A stretch of 34,645 nt of DNA from Octopus bimaculoides (taxonomy: Eukaryota). The stretch lies in contig NC_068982.1 of NCBI RefSeq assembly GCF_001194135.2, positions 76,882,591-76,917,235 on the forward strand, in the 5' to 3' direction. Position numbers and translations under genes: made by a program. Positions within the stretch are counted from its first letter, which is position 1. The number at the start of each line of letters is the position of its first letter. Positions 33,400 through 34,645 of the stretch are shown here, one piece after another. The notes beneath the pieces are model-generated. The model was not told the DNA's origin and searched no databases. It saw only the letters and a list, made by a program, of their open reading frames with translations.

Positions 33400-33550
33400 G
33401 AGAACATGCCAAATAGTGTTTTATAACACGTCTGGTGTTCCAGCACAATCATCAGACACTGCCCACGTGGCATAACTCGTTATGCCATGTGGACAGTGTC
33501 CGATAATTGTGCTGGGAGGCCAGTTATAAAACACTGTTTGGTATGTTCTC
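33400..33550. repeat. 151-bp near-perfect palindrome with a 2-nt loop
   Basis: Centre gcataac-tc-gttatgc at 33470-33485. The arms pair out to gagaacat/atgttctc, with mostly transition mismatches and one indel-rich patch. Confidence 0.92.
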
Positions 33551-33627
33551 TGTGTGTGTGCGTATGCATGTGCGTGTGTGTGAGAGTGTGTGTGTGTGTG
33601 TACATACATACATGTTTGTGGAATACG

Positions 33628-33679
<52 letters not shown>

Positions 33680-33750
33680 GTACACAAACACACACACACA
33701 CAACATATATATATATATTTTCATCTTAGCCAAAAGGCAAAGAAATGATG

Positions 33751-33784
<34 letters not shown>

Positions 33785-33830
33785 TGTATGTATACATGTG
33801 TACATATGTGTGTGTGCGTGTGCGCGTGTG

Positions 33831-33873
<43 letters not shown>

Positions 33874-33896
33874 ATATATCATATTTAACATACACA

Positions 33897-34439
33897 CACT
33901 GTCGATAGGCCATTTACTGCGCTATTTGTCTTGAGATAACATCTCTTTTGGACGTACTGTGTTAAAAACAAAATAAATACCAGAGGGAAATGAAAATTCA
34001 TCCCAAAGCGACCAACCAGAATACCAGATGCATTTCAGCATTTATGGGTCTTTTCAATGGTGTGTACTCACAGTCTACCTTATTCTTGAATGAGAATTCA
34101 TCGTCTCTGATACAGGAAAAAAAGGAACAAAACATCCCGTGATGTTGCGAATAACCCTCCCTCTGAATAAAAAATCCGGTATACGCAATTAAGGCAGTAT
34201 TGAATTTAAATAGTTGTCTATGTATTATAATCAATAAATACTGCAATATTTGTCCTGATATAATATCTGTTAAGGACGGCTGTGTTAAAAACTCACAAAA
34301 TATCAGAGGGAAATGTAATGCCTCTGGCGGCTGCTGAGACAAATTTTCTTCTCTGATATTTATTGTGTTCCTAGCACAGCCCATCTGTGAGAGATATTAC
34401 CTCAGGAAAAATACTACAGTAACTGGCCTATCGACAGTG
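33897..34439. mobile_element. 543-bp non-autonomous DNA transposon with CACTG-starting TIRs and subterminal repeats
   Basis: 33897-33945 matches the reverse complement of 34391-34439 at 41/49, and the first 16 bp are identical. An ~80-bp block at 33914-33992 repeats directly at 34239-34318. Flanks are CA and TA. Confidence 0.85.
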
Positions 34440-34524
34440 TACGCACATTGTATATGATAGATAGCTATTGTAATTTAATACTTCTTCAATTGCATATATA
34501 GGAAACACACGCATGTAAATTCAT

Positions 34525-34598
34525 GCATACATACATACATACATACATACATAGGTACGTACGTACGTACGTACGTACATACATACATACGTATGTAC

Positions 34599-34645
<47 letters not shown>
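34525..34645. repeat. (CATA)/(TACG)/(TAGA)n compound microsatellite
   Basis: Direct reading. Confidence 0.95.

Noticed and set aside
34073-34350. Exon-like segments (AARGITFPSDIL, DDEFSFKNKVD) and the 128-aa ORF at 33998-34384
   Set aside because: They lie inside the TIR-bounded element 33897-34439 and overlap its subterminal repeats, so they are unlikely to be host exons.

Overview
This is AT-rich, microsatellite-saturated eukaryotic (animal) DNA from a draft assembly with 10 N-gaps (about 3.5 kb). The SINEs, MITEs and Penelope remnants look like octopod cephalopod (Octopus-type) repeats. That assignment comes from recall, not a database search. The window reads as intronic or intergenic transposon debris: about 12 tRNA-derived SINE copies; remnants of R4/Dong-, Ingi/Jockey-group-, CR1-, RTE- and Penelope-type retroelements; two decayed Tc1/mariner transposase elements; several MITEs (hAT, mariner, Merlin-like, unclassified); and two long palindromes. 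I could not identify any intact, nameable protein-coding gene, rRNA, functional tRNA or CRISPR array. Most ORFs in the supplied track are microsatellite or N-gap artefacts. The most unusual items are: (1) a TIR-bounded MITE filled with telomere-like TTAGGG repeats; (2) Penelope-type minimal hammerhead ribozyme motifs, each with a core mutation; (3) two near-perfect foldback palindromes; (4) a phase-compatible chain of small minus-strand candidate exons, one of which has a paralogous copy 7.3 kb away split by a MITE; (5) a YY1/ETS/CCAAT motif cluster resembling a bidirectional promoter. I found no convincing evidence of a wholly new biological system.
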